Source: Octopus vulgaris (lineage: Eukaryota). From it: 64,000 nt of DNA. The position numbers and the translations under genes are program-made. The stretch covers positions 12,648,001 to 12,712,000 of the forward strand of contig OX597817.1 in assembly GCA_951406725.2 (NCBI GenBank), read 5' to 3'. Below the pieces are notes generated by a model. That model was not told where the DNA came from and did not search any database. It was given only the letters and a program-made list of their open reading frames with translations. The stretch's first letter is position 1; every line of letters begins with the position of its first letter. Of this stretch, positions 1 to 12,960 are shown one piece after another.

Positions 1-107
1 CCGTGGAGCTCAATAAACATACACACACAACGCCAGGTCTGGGAATCGAAACCGCGATCCTCCAACCGCGAGTCCGCTGCCCTAACCACTGGGCCATTGC
101 GTCTCCA
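1..107 (-). mobile_element. tRNA-derived SINE family B, 5' portion
   Basis: Reverse complement of the family B tRNA-like head (GGAGACGCAATGGCCCAGTGGTTAGGGCAGCGGAC...GTTTCGATTCCC). Confidence 0.75.
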
Positions 108-432
108 TAGTATATAAATTGTATATAAGTTATATAAATACATGTATTTGGTCAAAGTACGAACATGATCAGCTGGTGTGTATGTATAGTCGCATGCATG
201 GCTGTGGTAAAAAGATTGCTTCCCAGCTACATGGTTTGGGGTTCAGTCCCATTGCGTGGCATTTTGGGCAAGTGTTTTCCATTATAGCCCCGGGCCGACC
301 AATGCTTTTTGAGTGAATTTAGTCGTGTGAGTGTGTGTGTATATTAGCTGTTGTTATTTAGCCCCAGGTCAACTCCAATCAAGTAAACTTCAATAGTCAT
401 TCCATCTGTGATCAATCCATCTTTAAAGGAGC

Positions 433-599
433 GGCGTAACTTCGGTATAGGTACCGGAAGTACCGGATACATTTCAAGAAAGTGTTGTTTTTTTTATATA
501 TATGGAGGAGGGTTAGGGTTAGGGGTGGGAGAAGAGGGTTTCTGTTATCTTCAGAAATGTAAACAAAGCCACTTACGGTACCTATACCGAAGGATCGCC
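433..599. mobile_element. MITE with GG..CC termini and 8-bp TSD (Merlin-like)
   Basis: TIRs GGCGTAACTTCGGTATAGGTACCG / CGGTACCTATACCGAAGGATCGCC; perfect TSD AAAGGAGC at 425-432 and 600-607; internal GGTTAGGGTTAGGG. Confidence 0.85.
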
Positions 600-744
600 A
601 AAGGAGCATTTAGAACTATATTATGTGCGGTGTCCTGTTCATTTTTAAGATGATGTTGTATGATTTGAGGTTAATTTGAGTACTATTTCTTGCAGCTCTT
701 ACTACCACGTCAAGGTTCTCGTCATTGTCTTTATCCTATCATAG

Positions 745-1133
745 GCATAGACGCGGCTGTGTGGTAAGTAGCTTGCTTCCCTACCACGTGGTTTCGGGTT
801 CAGTCCCACTGCGTGACTTTCGAGCAAGTGACTTCTGCTATAGCCTCGGGCCAACCAAAGCCTTATGAGTGGATTTGGTAGACGGAAACTGAAAGAAGCC
901 CGTCGTATTTATATGTGGGTATATGTATATCTGTGTGTTTGTCCTCCCACCATCACTTGACAATTGACATTAGTGTGTTTACGTCCTCGTAACTTAGCGG
1001 TTCGACAAAAGAGCCCGATAAGATAAGTACTGGACTTACAAAGAATAAGTCCTGGGGTCGATTTCTTTGGCTAAAACGCTTTAAGGTAGTGCTCCAGCAT
1101 GACCACAGTCAAATGACTGAAACAAGTAAAAGA
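745..1133 (+). mobile_element. tRNA-derived SINE family A (CORE-like centre, internal TA/TG microsatellite)
   Basis: Family consensus GGCTGTGTGGTAAG...GGTTCAGTCCC...CAAGTG...GACTGAAACAAGTAAAAGAG, repeated about 20 times in the window. Confidence 0.85.
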
Positions 1134-1298
1134 GAAAAAAAGTATCAATTTTAGACAGACAGATAGACAAACGTACACCCGCGAACACTGAATAGATAAG
1201 AAAATTACGTTTATTTATTATTTATTTTTTTTTTTTTACGAGATTCCTAATGTGAAATTGTTGAAACAGACATCATGGCTATTATCTTTATTATTATT

Positions 1299-1341
<43 letters not shown>

Positions 1342-1482
1342 TTTTACAAATAAACACGCACTATATATATATACTTTTTTTTTTTTCTTCACTCGTTTAT
1401 TACTGTTATTTTATTATTTTGATGCCTGGAAAATAATAATAAAAATAATAAAATAACAGTAATAAATGAGTGAAGAAAAAAT

Positions 1483-1853
1483 AGTGGCTGTGTGGTAAGT
1501 AGCTTGCTAACCAACCACATGGTTCCCGGTTCAGTCCCACTGCATGGTGTCTTCTGCTATAGCCCCGGGCTGACCAATGTCTTGTGAGTGGATTTGGTAG
1601 ACGGAAACTGAAAGAAGCCTGTCGTATATATGTATATATACGTGTGTGTGTGTTTGTCCCCCTAGCATTGCTTGACAACCGATGCTGGTGTGTTTACGTC
1701 CCCGTGACTTAACGGTTTGGCAAAAGAGACCGATAGAATAAGTACTGGGCTTACAAAGAATAAGTCCCGGGGTCGATTTGCTCGACTAAAGGTGGTGCTC
1801 CAGCATGGCCGCAGTCAAATGTCTGAAACAAGTAAAAGAGTAAAAGAGAGAGA
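1483..1853 (+). mobile_element. SINE family A
   Basis: Matches the family A consensus with a small internal deletion. Confidence 0.88.
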
Positions 1854-2139
1854 GTATAGTGCATGTCTTTATTTGGCAAAAAAAAAATAATAATAATAAA
1901 TAAAATGACCATCCCAAAGTACAACAAGATCGTATGTTTTTTTGTAACGAGCGCAAATAGTCTTCATTTCTCACAAACACACATATGTATCTTTCAGAAA
2001 TAATTATCTATCATGTGACGACGATAACCACAAAGTTCCATACTTTTCAACAACGGTTCTTTGTAAAATTAATTAAAATGCGTTGAAAAGTAATTTCGTA
2101 AAACATTTATTTATCAATTTACATTACATTATATTTTAA

Positions 2140-2360
2140 CCGTTTCGTTACTATATTTATTTTGAGATGCTCTGTGTTTCTCTCAATTATTTTAGATATA
2201 ACAAAGAATTTAGTAAAATAACTTGGTTATCATTAAGCTAGTGTTATGAACATAAATTGTGACTAAGGTTTGGTGGAAGATTTTAATTCAAAACTTATGA
2301 AAACAAAACATTTGTACTACAGAACCAGAGGCAGTTTCAGCCAGGTTGGTAACCAAAAGG
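2140..2360. mobile_element. TTAA-flanked MITE (piggyBac-like), family 1
   Basis: TTAA|CCGTTTCGTTAC ... GTAACCAAAAGG|TTAA; homologous to 11784-12220. Confidence 0.8.
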
Positions 2361-3877
2361 TTAAACAAGTTTTAAGCCTCGCTTTGAAATCATTATCATT
2401 AGTTTCCATGGAGCTAGCCTTTTCTCTATGCATGAAAAACTGCTATAACAAATTATAAGGAAATAGAGCAAAGCGAGATAAATATTTAGTAAATTCCCCC
2501 TCCCACGTTCACTATTAAAAATACTATATGTAATTGTAAACATTTTGAATGCTTTGTGTTCATCAGCCTTCATCTCGGATCTATTCCATCTCAGTCAATC
2601 CAGTTAGGATCTTTTCCATCTCAATCACAGATTTTTGAATTAATTTTTTTAAACTAAATAGTTTGAAACTTCAAATACTGGTAGAATTTCTCACGAAGAG
2701 CACGGTTTACTCTGAATGTTTTTGACGAAATTTCATATATTTTAGAAGTTATTTCATGTTAAAGTTGTCATATTTGGGTAATCTCAACCAATCAATGATG
2801 CGTATTCTGTTGAAGAAAGCTACTGCCATTTGCAATAGTAATGAAAGAGGAACAATTCCCGGGTCATCTCTACTAAATGTCACCATTGTTCGAAGAATCA
2901 ACACCATAGAGCAACGAGTCCACAGTTAGCTTTTTTTTTTTTGACGTATATGTAGTTTCAAAATGCCTTATGTTACAACTATGAGATGCATTGTTATTGT
3001 CATGATTTTATCTTACTATAATCAACAGCAAACACATTTCGTCAATATAAAAAGTCTTAGATAAAAAATAAATAACATTATCAAAACATGAAGGTAAAAC
3101 AAAACAAATAGCGGCTTATACACCAGAAAATATGGTAATTGTAGAGGCGGTGACAAGTTCACTCGCTGGTTGCTTGTTGATAGTGTAGAAGGAAGGGAAA
3201 GAGTAAGGAATGCACCATGCTGACTAGAAAGGAAGAAAGGATAAAGGTGACATCATCTTCACTTGCTGTACAAATGGAACAGAGTGGTGACATTTAGTAG
3301 AGATGACCCGGAAGTTGTTCCTCTTCAATTACTATTGCAAACAACAGTAGCTTACAGCAGGGTTCGCCACCATCCCTCACCGGAGCCCCGTGGTGTTTTT
3401 GCTCAAAAAACACACACAACGCCAGGCCTGGGAATCGAAACCGCGATCCTCCAACCGATGGACTTCTTTCAGTTTCCGTCTACCAAATCCACTCACAAGG
3501 CTTTGGTCTGCCTGAGGCTATAGTAGAAGACACTTGCCCAAGGTGTCATGCAGTGATACTGAACCCGGAAACATGTGGTTCATAAGCAAGCTACTTACCA
3601 CATGGTCACTCAAATATTCACTGTATTCTTCAATCTACACTTATTTTTATAGCTCATAGGCTTACCGTTTCACAATCTGTGGCCATTTGGTCACAAAGCA
3701 GCCATGGTAAAGTTCAGTGGAATAAGAGAAAAATTTAGGAATGAGGCAGATAGTTCCTTCCTAAATGAGGAATGAGGCAGATTGTTTCTTCCTAAAATTT
3801 TCTTTTACTGTCTGTAACTCTAAAATTTACACACAAAAACATACACATGCACACTGCATTTTCTGTATCTTAAGTTC

Positions 3878-4299
3878 TACTCTCTCTTTTACTCTTTTAC
3901 TTGTTTCAGTCATTTGACTGCGGCCATGCTGGAGCACCTCCTTTAGTCGAGCAACTCGACCCCAGGACTTATTCTTTTGTAAGCCCAGTACTTATTCTAT
4001 CGGTCTCTTTTGCCAAACTGCTAAGTAACGAGGACGTAAACACACCAGCATCGGTTGTCAAGCAATGCTAGGGGGACAAACACAGACACACAAACACACA
4101 TACACACACATATATATATATATATACATATATACGACAGGCTTCTTTCAGTTTCCGTCTACCAAATCCACTCACAAGGCATTGGTCGGCCCGGGACTAT
4201 AGCAGAAGACACTTGCCCAAGATGCCACGCAGTGGGACTGAACCCGGAACCATGTGGCTGGTTAGCAAGCTACTTACCACACAGCCACTCCTGCGCCTA
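3878..4299 (-). mobile_element. SINE family A
   Basis: Full-length reverse-complement match to the family consensus. Confidence 0.9.
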
Positions 4300-4319
4300 T
4301 TGTGACAAAAAAAAAAGAA

Positions 4320-5630
4320 AAGAATTCATTCGACACTTTGATAATAATTTATCATTAATGAATAACATACCAAGTTAGCATTGGAAAGTCTTGTACAAAT
4401 GGAAAATTATGTTACTGCTTTGAAGTTCATATATCCAGTGAAGATGTCTTTGCTTTGTTGAACTTTGGGCTAAATGCTATAATGTTTCTGAATGTAAGCA
4501 ACTTGGCGAAGAAATCCTACTTACCAGATGTGACATATTCTACCTTTTAGATATATGTGAGATGCTAAGTTTACCAAACAAACAGATATAAGATAAAAGT
4601 ACAAATCTTTTAATTTGTAAGCAGGTTATTAGTGCATTCTCTGGAAAGCTTAATCTATTCATCATCATCACCATCATCATCATCATGCGTCTGTTTTCCA
4701 TACTGAATTGGATTGGACAATTTGACAGGAGCTGGCAATTTGGCGAGCTGCACTAGACTCCAGTTGTCTGCTTTGGCATGGTTTCTACAGCTGGATGCCC
4801 TTCCTAATGCCAATCACTTTACAGAGTGTACTGGATGCTTTTTACGTGACACCAGCATGGGTGCTTTTTACAGCACGGGTTTTTCAGAATAGATATTGGG
4901 GATTAAGGTGGCAAGCTGGCAGAAACGTTAGCACACCGGGCGAAATGCTTAGAGGTATTTTGTCTGTCGCTACGTTCTGAGTTCAAATTCTGCCGAGGTC
5001 GACTTTGCCTTTCATCCTTTCGGGGTCGATTAAATAAGTACCAGTTACGCACTGGGGTCGATGCAATCGACTTAATCCATTTGTCTGTCCTTGTTTGTCC
5101 CCTCTGTGTGTAGCCCCTTGTGGGCAGTAAAGAAATAAGATATTGGGGATAAGGAGTTGATGTATTTTCCAACCTTTGCCGCTTTTGAAAGAGGCTGCAA
5201 GAGGACACTGAGCACTTGAAGAAATTACACAATGATGTATAAATTAGGTTCAAAGATCACCTGAAAATGAACATCCCAAACTGGGTGGTAAAATCATTTA
5301 AGACAAATGCAGCTGATGTTGATATCCGACTGCAAGAAAGCCTTACTGAGTTGCAGTGTAAACAGACTACACAAGCTAAATCTAATCATGGGCTCAATAA
5401 CTTATGGTCATGTAGTGAAATCGCTGTGAAATTCCCATTACTCTGACAGGAAATAGAATGGGCTTTCCTACTTTCTTACCTAGCTGAGTAAAGTTTTAAT
5501 TGAATGTCTTTCCTACTATCAAAAGTTCACAGTTATTTAGATATTGTAAGTAGAGGTGGTTTTTATTGAAACCATTGACCTTTGAGAGTAAAAAATTTGT
5601 GAAACTGCATCAGGTACAGAAATCCCCCTT
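4320..5630 (+). pseudogene. Decayed hAT (Buster/Charlie-type) transposase C-terminal region, interrupted by two retroposon insertions
   Basis: Manual translation gives DIFYLLD..., VISAFSGKLNLF, HLKKLHND..RFKD....IPNWVV, LQESLTELQ, SYLAE.SF and LDIVSRG, resembling the hAT dimerisation-domain region; many stops. Confidence 0.65.
4907..5137 (+). mobile_element. SINE family C monomer with TSD
   Basis: GGTGGCAAGCTGGCAGAAACGTTAG...GTTCAAATTC head; flanked by AGATATTGGGGAT(T)AA duplication (4891-4906 / 5138-5152). Confidence 0.88.
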
Positions 5631-5653
5631 AATAAATACAGTAAAACAGTAAG

Positions 5654-5688
<35 letters not shown>

Positions 5689-7064
5689 TGTTGTATCTGG
5701 GGAGAGTCATTCTCTTTTAGTGCCCAGACACAACAGAATATGCTTCAACACACAAACTCATATAAAGAATCTAGCAAACCAAATCCAAAAACGAAATATA
5801 TATATATATTATCATCATCATCATTGTTTCAACGTCCACTTTCCATGCTAGCATGGGTTGGACGATTTGACTGAGGTCTGGCGAACCAGATGGCTGCACC
5901 AGGCTCCAATTTGATCTGGCAGAGTTTCTACAGCTCAGCTTGGAATCTGGTGCAGCCATATATATATATATATATATATGTATTCTCTCTTTTACTTTGC
6001 TAACGGATTTTCATTTTTGTATTAAAAAAAGCAATAATTTTCATTTAGAAGTTATTAATTTTCTGGCTGTCAATACAAGTTATTTGTTATGTGTATTATA
6101 TGAGGAAAATAATGAATGAATTACAAACGGTTGTTTTATTGAACTTACATAATATTTTATGTTTTCTTAAATAGAATACTGGAGAATAAATGTGCAGATA
6201 ATAGACACTAATATTTTTGTGGAGTTTATTACATTAATGGTAGAAAACAGATTACCTTCTTAAAAGAATTTTCTTAATATTTATTTATTGTACATTTTTG
6301 TTCAAAAATTTTCATTACAAATTATTAATTTTTAAATATTCATAGAAATAAATTTTATGATAATAAAACTAATTAAAACAATTATTTAAAATTTCATTAT
6401 TATTTGATAAATAATTACAAATTGTACTTTTATTAAAGATTTAAAAGTTTTTTTTTTAATGACCTGTTTCTGCCACTAATCATTCATTTTAAAACTGAAA
6501 TGCTTTTTCTGCTAATAATATCTAGAGGCCCACAGAAAATTTCAAGATTTCAAGGGAGTCCAGGTACTAAATAAAAAGGTGGGGTTGGAAATCATTGATT
6601 TAGCTGGTCATACAGAATGTTGATAGATTAAACTCAAGAAGGCAGTTACTCATCTACAAAACAACATAAAATAATCCAACAGCTGACCATTGGGAAAACC
6701 TTTAGGATATTTAAGGTATTACATAAGTTGTTGTTGTTTGACCTCGTATTAGTCCCTATCAAGGAGACCTATCATCAAACACATTCCATTTGTAGCCATC
6801 ATCTTGTTTTCAAGAATATTATATCTAGGATCCCATTATCCAATATGCATCTTTCCTTCTTGCAAGAAAGCAGGCTATAATTTGAGGCTGATTTAGATGC
6901 TATCCTTAGCATAGAGGCTCCTTTTATTTGTTTGATTTCATAACTGGAGTAAGTTGGGGTGACTTAATTATCTTAACCTTTGACACATTATTGTGTCAGA
7001 GATTAGGTATCGTTGATTATTTCTCAAACTCTTCTGCCTCTTATGACAATGTTACAAACGGAAT

Positions 7065-7102
7065 ATGTTTCTAATTTCCTTTTCTTTTTTCTTATTTTAC
7101 AG
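7065..7102 (+). promoter_or_regulatory. 3' splice site (branch-like CTAAT, polypyrimidine tract, CAG) of RDH paralog 1
   Basis: TTTCTAATTTCC...CTTATTTTACAG, homologous to the acceptor of paralog 2. Confidence 0.75.
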
Positions 7103-7105
7103 CCG

Positions 7106-7996
7106 ATGTGCCATTGTGTCAAAATGCATCACTTTTCTGAATCTTTGGATGGTAAAACTGTACTTATTACTGGAGCAAATACAGGACTTGGAAAAGAGAC
7201 AGCTTTAGAATGTACAAAAAGAAATGCCAGGGTGATTATGGCTTGCAGAAATCTAGAAAAGGCTGAAGAAGCCGCAAAAGAAATACGTGATGCTACAAAA
7301 GATTCTGGTAAAAATGAGGTTGTCGTACGTGAATTAGATCTGTCTTCATTCAAGTCTATTCGTAAATTTTGTGCAAGAATAAATGAGGAGGAACCACGTT
7401 TAGATATTTTAGTCAATAATGCCGGAGTTTTCCGTTGTCCTTCATCATGTACAGAAGATGGATTTGAAATGCATTTTGGAGTAAACCACTTGGGACATTT
7501 TCTATTAACAACATTGCTTCTGGATTTGCTAAAAAAGTCTGCTCCATCAAGAATTGTAGTACTGTCCAGTTTCATGTACAAAGACGCTCGGATAAACTTT
7601 GATGATATTAACTGCAAGATAAATTATAGTCGCACTGAAGCTTACAAATCTAGCAAACTTGCAAATGTCTGGTTTTGTCGTGAATTATCCAAGAGATTAG
7701 AAGGCAGTGGGGTTAATGTTTATTGTGTTAATCCAGGAATTGTTCTTACAGACATCATGCGACACTCAGTGCCACAATTTTTAAGATATTTTGATTTCAT
7801 TTTCAGATTATGTTTTAAAACTCCCGCACAAGGAGTACAGACAACTTTGTATTGTATTCTGTCTGAAAAATTACAAAATGAATCCGGATATTATTATTCA
7901 GATTGCAGGCAAGAAGACCTTAATAGCAATGGACTAAATGAGGATGGAGCCAAAAGACTATGGGAAGTTAGTGAAAAGGCTGTTAAAAGAGAGTAA
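7106..7996 (+). CDS. Retinol dehydrogenase 11/12/13/14-like short-chain dehydrogenase/reductase, paralog 1; single large coding exon starting at acceptor 7103
   Basis: TGANTGLG Rossmann motif, ACRN (basic residue typical of NADP(H) users), LVNNAG, NHLGHFLLT, catalytic YKSSK, VNPGIV and C-terminal AKRLWEVSEK. Polypyrimidine tract plus CAG ends at 7102 and first ATG is at 7106; the upstream part of the track ORF (7013-7102) is intron-like. An upstream exon cannot be excluded. Confidence 0.93.
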   Translation: MCHCVKMHHFSESLDGKTVLITGANTGLGKETALECTKRNARVIMACRNLEKAEEAAKEIRDATKDSGKNEVVVRELDLSSFKSIRKFCARINEEEPRLDILVNNAGVFRCPSSCTEDGFEMHFGVNHLGHFLLTTLLLDLLKKSAPSRIVVLSSFMYKDARINFDDINCKINYSRTEAYKSSKLANVWFCRELSKRLEGSGVNVYCVNPGIVLTDIMRHSVPQFLRYFDFIFRLCFKTPAQGVQTTLYCILSEKLQNESGYYYSDCRQEDLNSNGLNEDGAKRLWEVSEKAVKRE

Positions 7997-8770
7997 AACA
8001 ATGTAATTCTGAAAGACAATGTGTGGAGTAGATATACACTCCTAGTAAGCCAAATCAATAAGTTGACTCATCAATAAGTGCATCACCATAACCCATTACA
8101 TCTTGATTATTAAATCATCCTATATATAATTTATGTAAGTTATATACAGTTGTCCCTTGATTTTGCAAGTTCCCATGCAAATGAAAACTGTTTGAGGAGA
8201 GTATGTTTTTAATAATATTAATAAAAGAAAAAGAAAACAAAAACACTCACAAGCTGCTGTTTAACTCTAATCTTTTCATTTTCCTTTTCAGTGGAATCAG
8301 TTTAGTCTGTTTCTGATTCAACATATGAGATTGTATTTATTCAAATGCAGTAGTGTTTAACGAAGCATTAAAAAAGACCATAAATCTTACTTAATTATTG
8401 CGTTAGTGTGTTGCCTATCCGTTGAAAAAGTGAAGCAGAAAGGAAAATAAACTGAGGGGAGAACAAAATGGTGTTTCTGTATACATAAAGTAAATAAAAT
8501 AAAGCAATCAGAACCACATCAAAGTGGAACCATGTAAACCAAGGAACAGTTGTATGATTTTGGTTGGCCCGAGGCTATAGCAGAAGACACTTGCCCAAGG
8601 TGCCATACATTAGGACTGAACCTGTAACCTTGTGGTTGGGAAGCAAACTCCTTACCATGCAGCCATCATGCCTTCTCAAACTGACTTTCTTTTTTAAAGT
8701 TACTCAAAACAAAGTATAGCTGTTTCTTAAAGAGCTTGTGTAATGCTTTTTGCATTTTATATACTCATCA

Positions 8771-9155
8771 GCGGAGGCGCAATGGCCCAGTGGTTAGGGC
8801 AGCGGACTCACGGTCATAGGATCGCGGTTTCAATTCCCAGACCGGGTGTTGTGAGTGTTTATTGAGCGAAAACACCTAAAAGCTCCACGAGGCTCCGGTA
8901 GGGGATGGTGGTGATCCCTGCTGTACTCTTTCACCACAACTTTCTCTCACTCTTACTTCCTGTTTCTGTTGTACCTGTATTTCAAGGGGCCGGCCTTGTC
9001 ACTCTCTGAGTCATGCTGAATATCCCCGAGAACTATGTTAAGGGTGCACGTGTCTGTGGAGTGCTCAGCCACTTACACGTTAATTTCACGAGCAGGCCGT
9101 TCCGTTGATTCGGATCAACTGGAACCCTCATCGTCGTAACCGACAGAGTGCTTCC
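8771..9155 (+). mobile_element. tRNA-derived SINE family B
   Basis: A box TGGCCCAGTGG, B box GTTTCAATTCC, 3' end ...GAGTGCTTCC; TSD ATACTCAT(C/T)A. Confidence 0.9.
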
Positions 9156-9877
9156 ATACTCATTAGCTGATTTTAGTCCTCTTTAGTCTTTCGTTTACCG
9201 TTTTCCCCAACACTCTCTCCTCCTCCATGTACACGTAACCTTTTTTACCTCTGTAAACTTTGTCCAGTCCATACAAGCAGAGAAAAGAGGACATTAAAGT
9301 GATGCCGAATTCTGTATTCTGTCTATTCAATGTCTACATTTACATTGAGTATAAAAAAATCACCTTTGTTTTCTTAGGAAGCTTAAGGAACAATAAAATA
9401 TCATTGAGAGACAAAGAAATAAACAATTTCTAAGAAATTCAAAACCTAGTCAAACTTTAAACATAATTGAGTTTTCAGATATGAAGAATGAGTAAAGAAA
9501 TACTTTTGTTGTTTTGTTGTTGTTGGGTTACTGTCTGCAATGCCAAATTTAAACCCTGCTACACCACATACAATACAACATGTTAACATGTACTTTTGAA
9601 ATATATTTGTCTACTATTTCTCAGAGGTCAGGCAGCCATGTAGTTAAATCCTCTGTTTGCTTATCAAAGTCAACCAATGTAGGATGGGCTGACTTGTGTA
9701 TCCTGCCCAGAGAGCACAATAAAGTATCCTTCCATCCTTGATTAAGGCATTTAAACTGCAATCTTTCTTTTCTTCCTGTTTGACAAACAATTCTTTGTAT
9801 TTTATGTTTAAGTTTTATTTATTTATTCTGTTAATTAATTTTTGTTTTTTAAAATGAAAAATGGAATAATTTCCAAA

Positions 9878-10276
9878 TCTTTATATATAAAAGAGAAGTT
9901 GTGTGTCTGTCTCCTACGATTTAGATTCCTAACTACTCCCACATTTTGTGGTGCAGTTTAACCAAAACCGGGTATCTTATAGTCGTGATTCATATCGAGC
10001 CCTTCTGGGTATTAGCACACGTCTATGATGAGTCTACGATTTTAGAAAAAATTTACCATCAATTTTTCCCATTTTTAATGCATTTTTGGCATATATAAGG
10101 GAAGTAACTCTCTAAAAATTCATTACTAAATCTCAGAACGTAAAAAGCTACAGTAACATCCCCCCCCCCCCTTTGTGGTTAGCCATATTGAGATGGCTAT
10201 TATACTTTACATCTCTAAAAATGCTTATATAGTTATTTCCCTTACAAACCCGAGCAACGCCGGGCAATACTGCCTG
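9878..10276 (+). mobile_element. Non-autonomous Helitron
   Basis: 5' TC after host A, subterminal hairpin CCCGAGCAACGCCGGG, 3' end mutated (CCTG for CTAG) before T; homologous to three other copies. Confidence 0.8.
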
Positions 10277-10672
10277 TTAGATATAAGATGATTTTGTTTC
10301 TGTTCCATTTTCGTTAATTTATCAATATTACAAGCACAAACACTACCCTCTTTCCTTGACTTAAAAAAAATATGTGTGTGTAGCATTTGTGCTGTAAAAC
10401 ACTTTCGAATTTGTAGTTTGGCAGTGAGTTGGAAATTCAAACCAGTGGCTTAAAATTCTACATACAGCTGGTTCTATTGACAGCCACCGTGCTGCACTAG
10501 AATCTACAATCTTCAAGGACACCTTATCGCTCATAGCAAAGTAAATCTGCTCCTAGGCTCTTTGTCTAGTTGAAGAGTGAGTGAACCATTTATATGTGTT
10601 GAAATACTGAAAATTCTATGTTTCTGAGAAGGCATTCAGCACAAGTGTGGGAGATTGCCAACTATGAAGACT

Positions 10673-10703
<31 letters not shown>

Positions 10704-10965
10704 CTAAATAGAAATAGCGATGGGACTTCCTCTTTTTAATTTTTGGAATACATCATTGTTGAGTCTTACCCACCTCTGCACCTGGCCAGGTCTGAAAAGG
10801 AAAGTACTTGATAACCTTTTAGTTGAAGTGAAAGAAAACATTCAACTGATATTACTAAAATTTAACTGTAAAATACTTATGACAAAAAAAAAAGGAAGAA
10901 AGCAGGAGTAGAAAAAGATAAAAAGAGAAGAAAAAAGGGTAACTATTGTGGAAATATCATGATCA

Positions 10966-11364
10966 GGCACAGGAGTGGCTGTGTGGTAAGTAGCTTGCTA
11001 ACTAACCACATGGTTCCGGGTTCAGTCCCACTGCATGGCATCTTGGGCAAGTGTCTTCTGCTATAGCCCCGGGCCGACTAATGCCTTGTGAGTGGATTTG
11101 GTAGACGGAAACTGAAAGAAGCCTTTCGTATATATGTATATATATATATGTGTGTTTGTGTGTCTGTGTTTGTCCCCCTAGCAATGCTTGACAACCGATG
11201 CTGGTGTGTTTACGTCCCCGTCACTTAGCGGTTCGGCAAAAGAGGCCGATAGAATAAGTACTGGGCTTACAAAGAATAAGTCCCAGGGTCGATTTGCTCG
11301 ACTAAAGGCGGTGCTCCAGCATGGCCACAGTCAAATGACTGAAACAAGTAAAAGAGTAAAAGAG
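10966..11364 (+). mobile_element. SINE family A
   Basis: Full-length consensus match. Confidence 0.9.
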
Positions 11365-11783
11365 TATCAGAGAAAAAATGTTGAATTAATTTTTGAAACT
11401 GATATTTTTCCTGCTAAAAGCTAAATTCTAAATTCTCCTGCTAAAAGCTTTACAAAAATGCTAGATCTAGCATTGAAAATGCCAAATTGGCCACACTAGC
11501 ATCAAAGTTTGTTGTGAGATAAAATATTCAAAACTGAGCACCTTTTTTTTTTTTTCGGTTAGTGTCTTATCACAGTTACAGCAAATCATTGATTAATTAA
11601 ATTTTTGTTATTTTACTTTTGATGGAACTTCCATCCGATGCTAGAAATTATAATAAGTTTTTATAATGAGCTTCCGGTCTTAAACAATAATCTGATACAA
11701 TCAGGCAGCCCCGTATTAAATAACAACCATACAAACACGAATAGCAATAACACAAAAAAATAACATGAACAACGTATGTGTAT

Positions 11784-12220
11784 CCCTTTCGTTACCAACC
11801 CGGCTGAAACTGGCTCTGGCTCTCAGTACAAATATCTTGTTTTCAAAAGTTCTGAATCAAAATCTTCCACCAAACCTTAGTCACAATTTATGTTTCTAAC
11901 ACTAGCTGAATGATAACTAAGTTATTTTACTAAATTCTTTCTTATATTTAAAGTATTTGAAAGAAACACAGAGCATCTCAACAGAAATATGGTAACAGAA
12001 GGGTTAAAATATATAATAGAGAAACAATTCTTAACCCTTTTGATATCAACCCAGTTGAAACCACCTCTGGCTCTGTAATACAAATGTCTTGTTTTCATAA
12101 GTTTTGAATTAAAATCTTCCACCAAACCTTAGTCACAATTTATGTTTCTAACACTAGCTGAATGATAACTAAGTTATTTTACTAAACTCTTTGTTCAAAA
12201 TAAATACAGTAATGAAAGGG
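11784..12220. mobile_element. Two adjacent TTAA MITEs of family 1 (11784-12003 and 12035-12220)
   Basis: CCCTTT...AAGGG|TTAA termini; reverse-complement homology to 2140-2360. Confidence 0.8.
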
Positions 12221-12615
12221 TTAATACGGAAATCTAAAAAGATATTTTAAGAATCAAAAAAAGTTACAGACTGAAGTGTTTATTCAAAACTTTTGTAAAT
12301 ATGGAAAACTACAGCATAATTCCCCACCAAACAGGATGAGTGTAAAAACATTGTGGTTAAAACACTAAAATAAAAACAAAATGTTGTCAGTATTTGCATC
12401 TTTTTCAAATTTCTGCTGACTCTAGTTGACATCTCCTTAAAAGAAAAGTAGTTTTGTCCTTGAAGGGAAAAAGACAAACTTTATTTTGTTTTTATTCTTT
12501 TTTCCTTACTATTTCAAGTAAACAATGATGTTATACTTTCTCTTTTTCAAAATCCCCATATTTATTCCAAATTCTGATAAATCAACAACTACAACAAAAA
12601 AATTAATTCAATAAC

Positions 12616-12732
12616 TGGCTGTGTGGTAAAAAGTTTGCTTTCCAACCACAAGGTTTTGGGTTCAGTCCCACTTCTACTATAGCCTTGTGAGAGGGTCTGT
12701 GGATTTGGTAGATGGAAACTGAAAGAAGCCAG

Positions 12733-12766
<34 letters not shown>

Positions 12767-12960
12767 TTCCCCACCACTTGACAGCTGGTGTTGGTTTGTT
12801 TATAAACTAGTGACTTAACAGTTTGGCAAAAAGAATTAATACAATAAGTACCTAGTGTTAAAAAACAAAAGTACTTGGGTTGATTTGTTTGACTAAACCC
12901 TCCAAAGCAGTGCCCCATCATGGCCACAGTCCAATGACTGAAGCATGTAAAAGATAAAGA
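12616..12960 (+). mobile_element. SINE family A, old degenerate copy
   Basis: Diverged match to the family consensus. Confidence 0.7.

Noticed and set aside
3300-3320. CCGGAAGT ETS-like motif as the RDH promoter
   Set aside because: A single short motif with no supported exon or donor; likely by chance.
4055-4378. Recurrent MSSNARGTNT..., MVVIPAVLFHH... and RNWYLIYRPRK... ORFs
   Set aside because: Translations of SINE families A, B and C; recurrence reflects repeat copy number.
7129-7617. 162-aa antisense ORF (and its counterpart at 55366-55695)
   Set aside because: Shadow frames of the RDH coding strand with no independent motifs.
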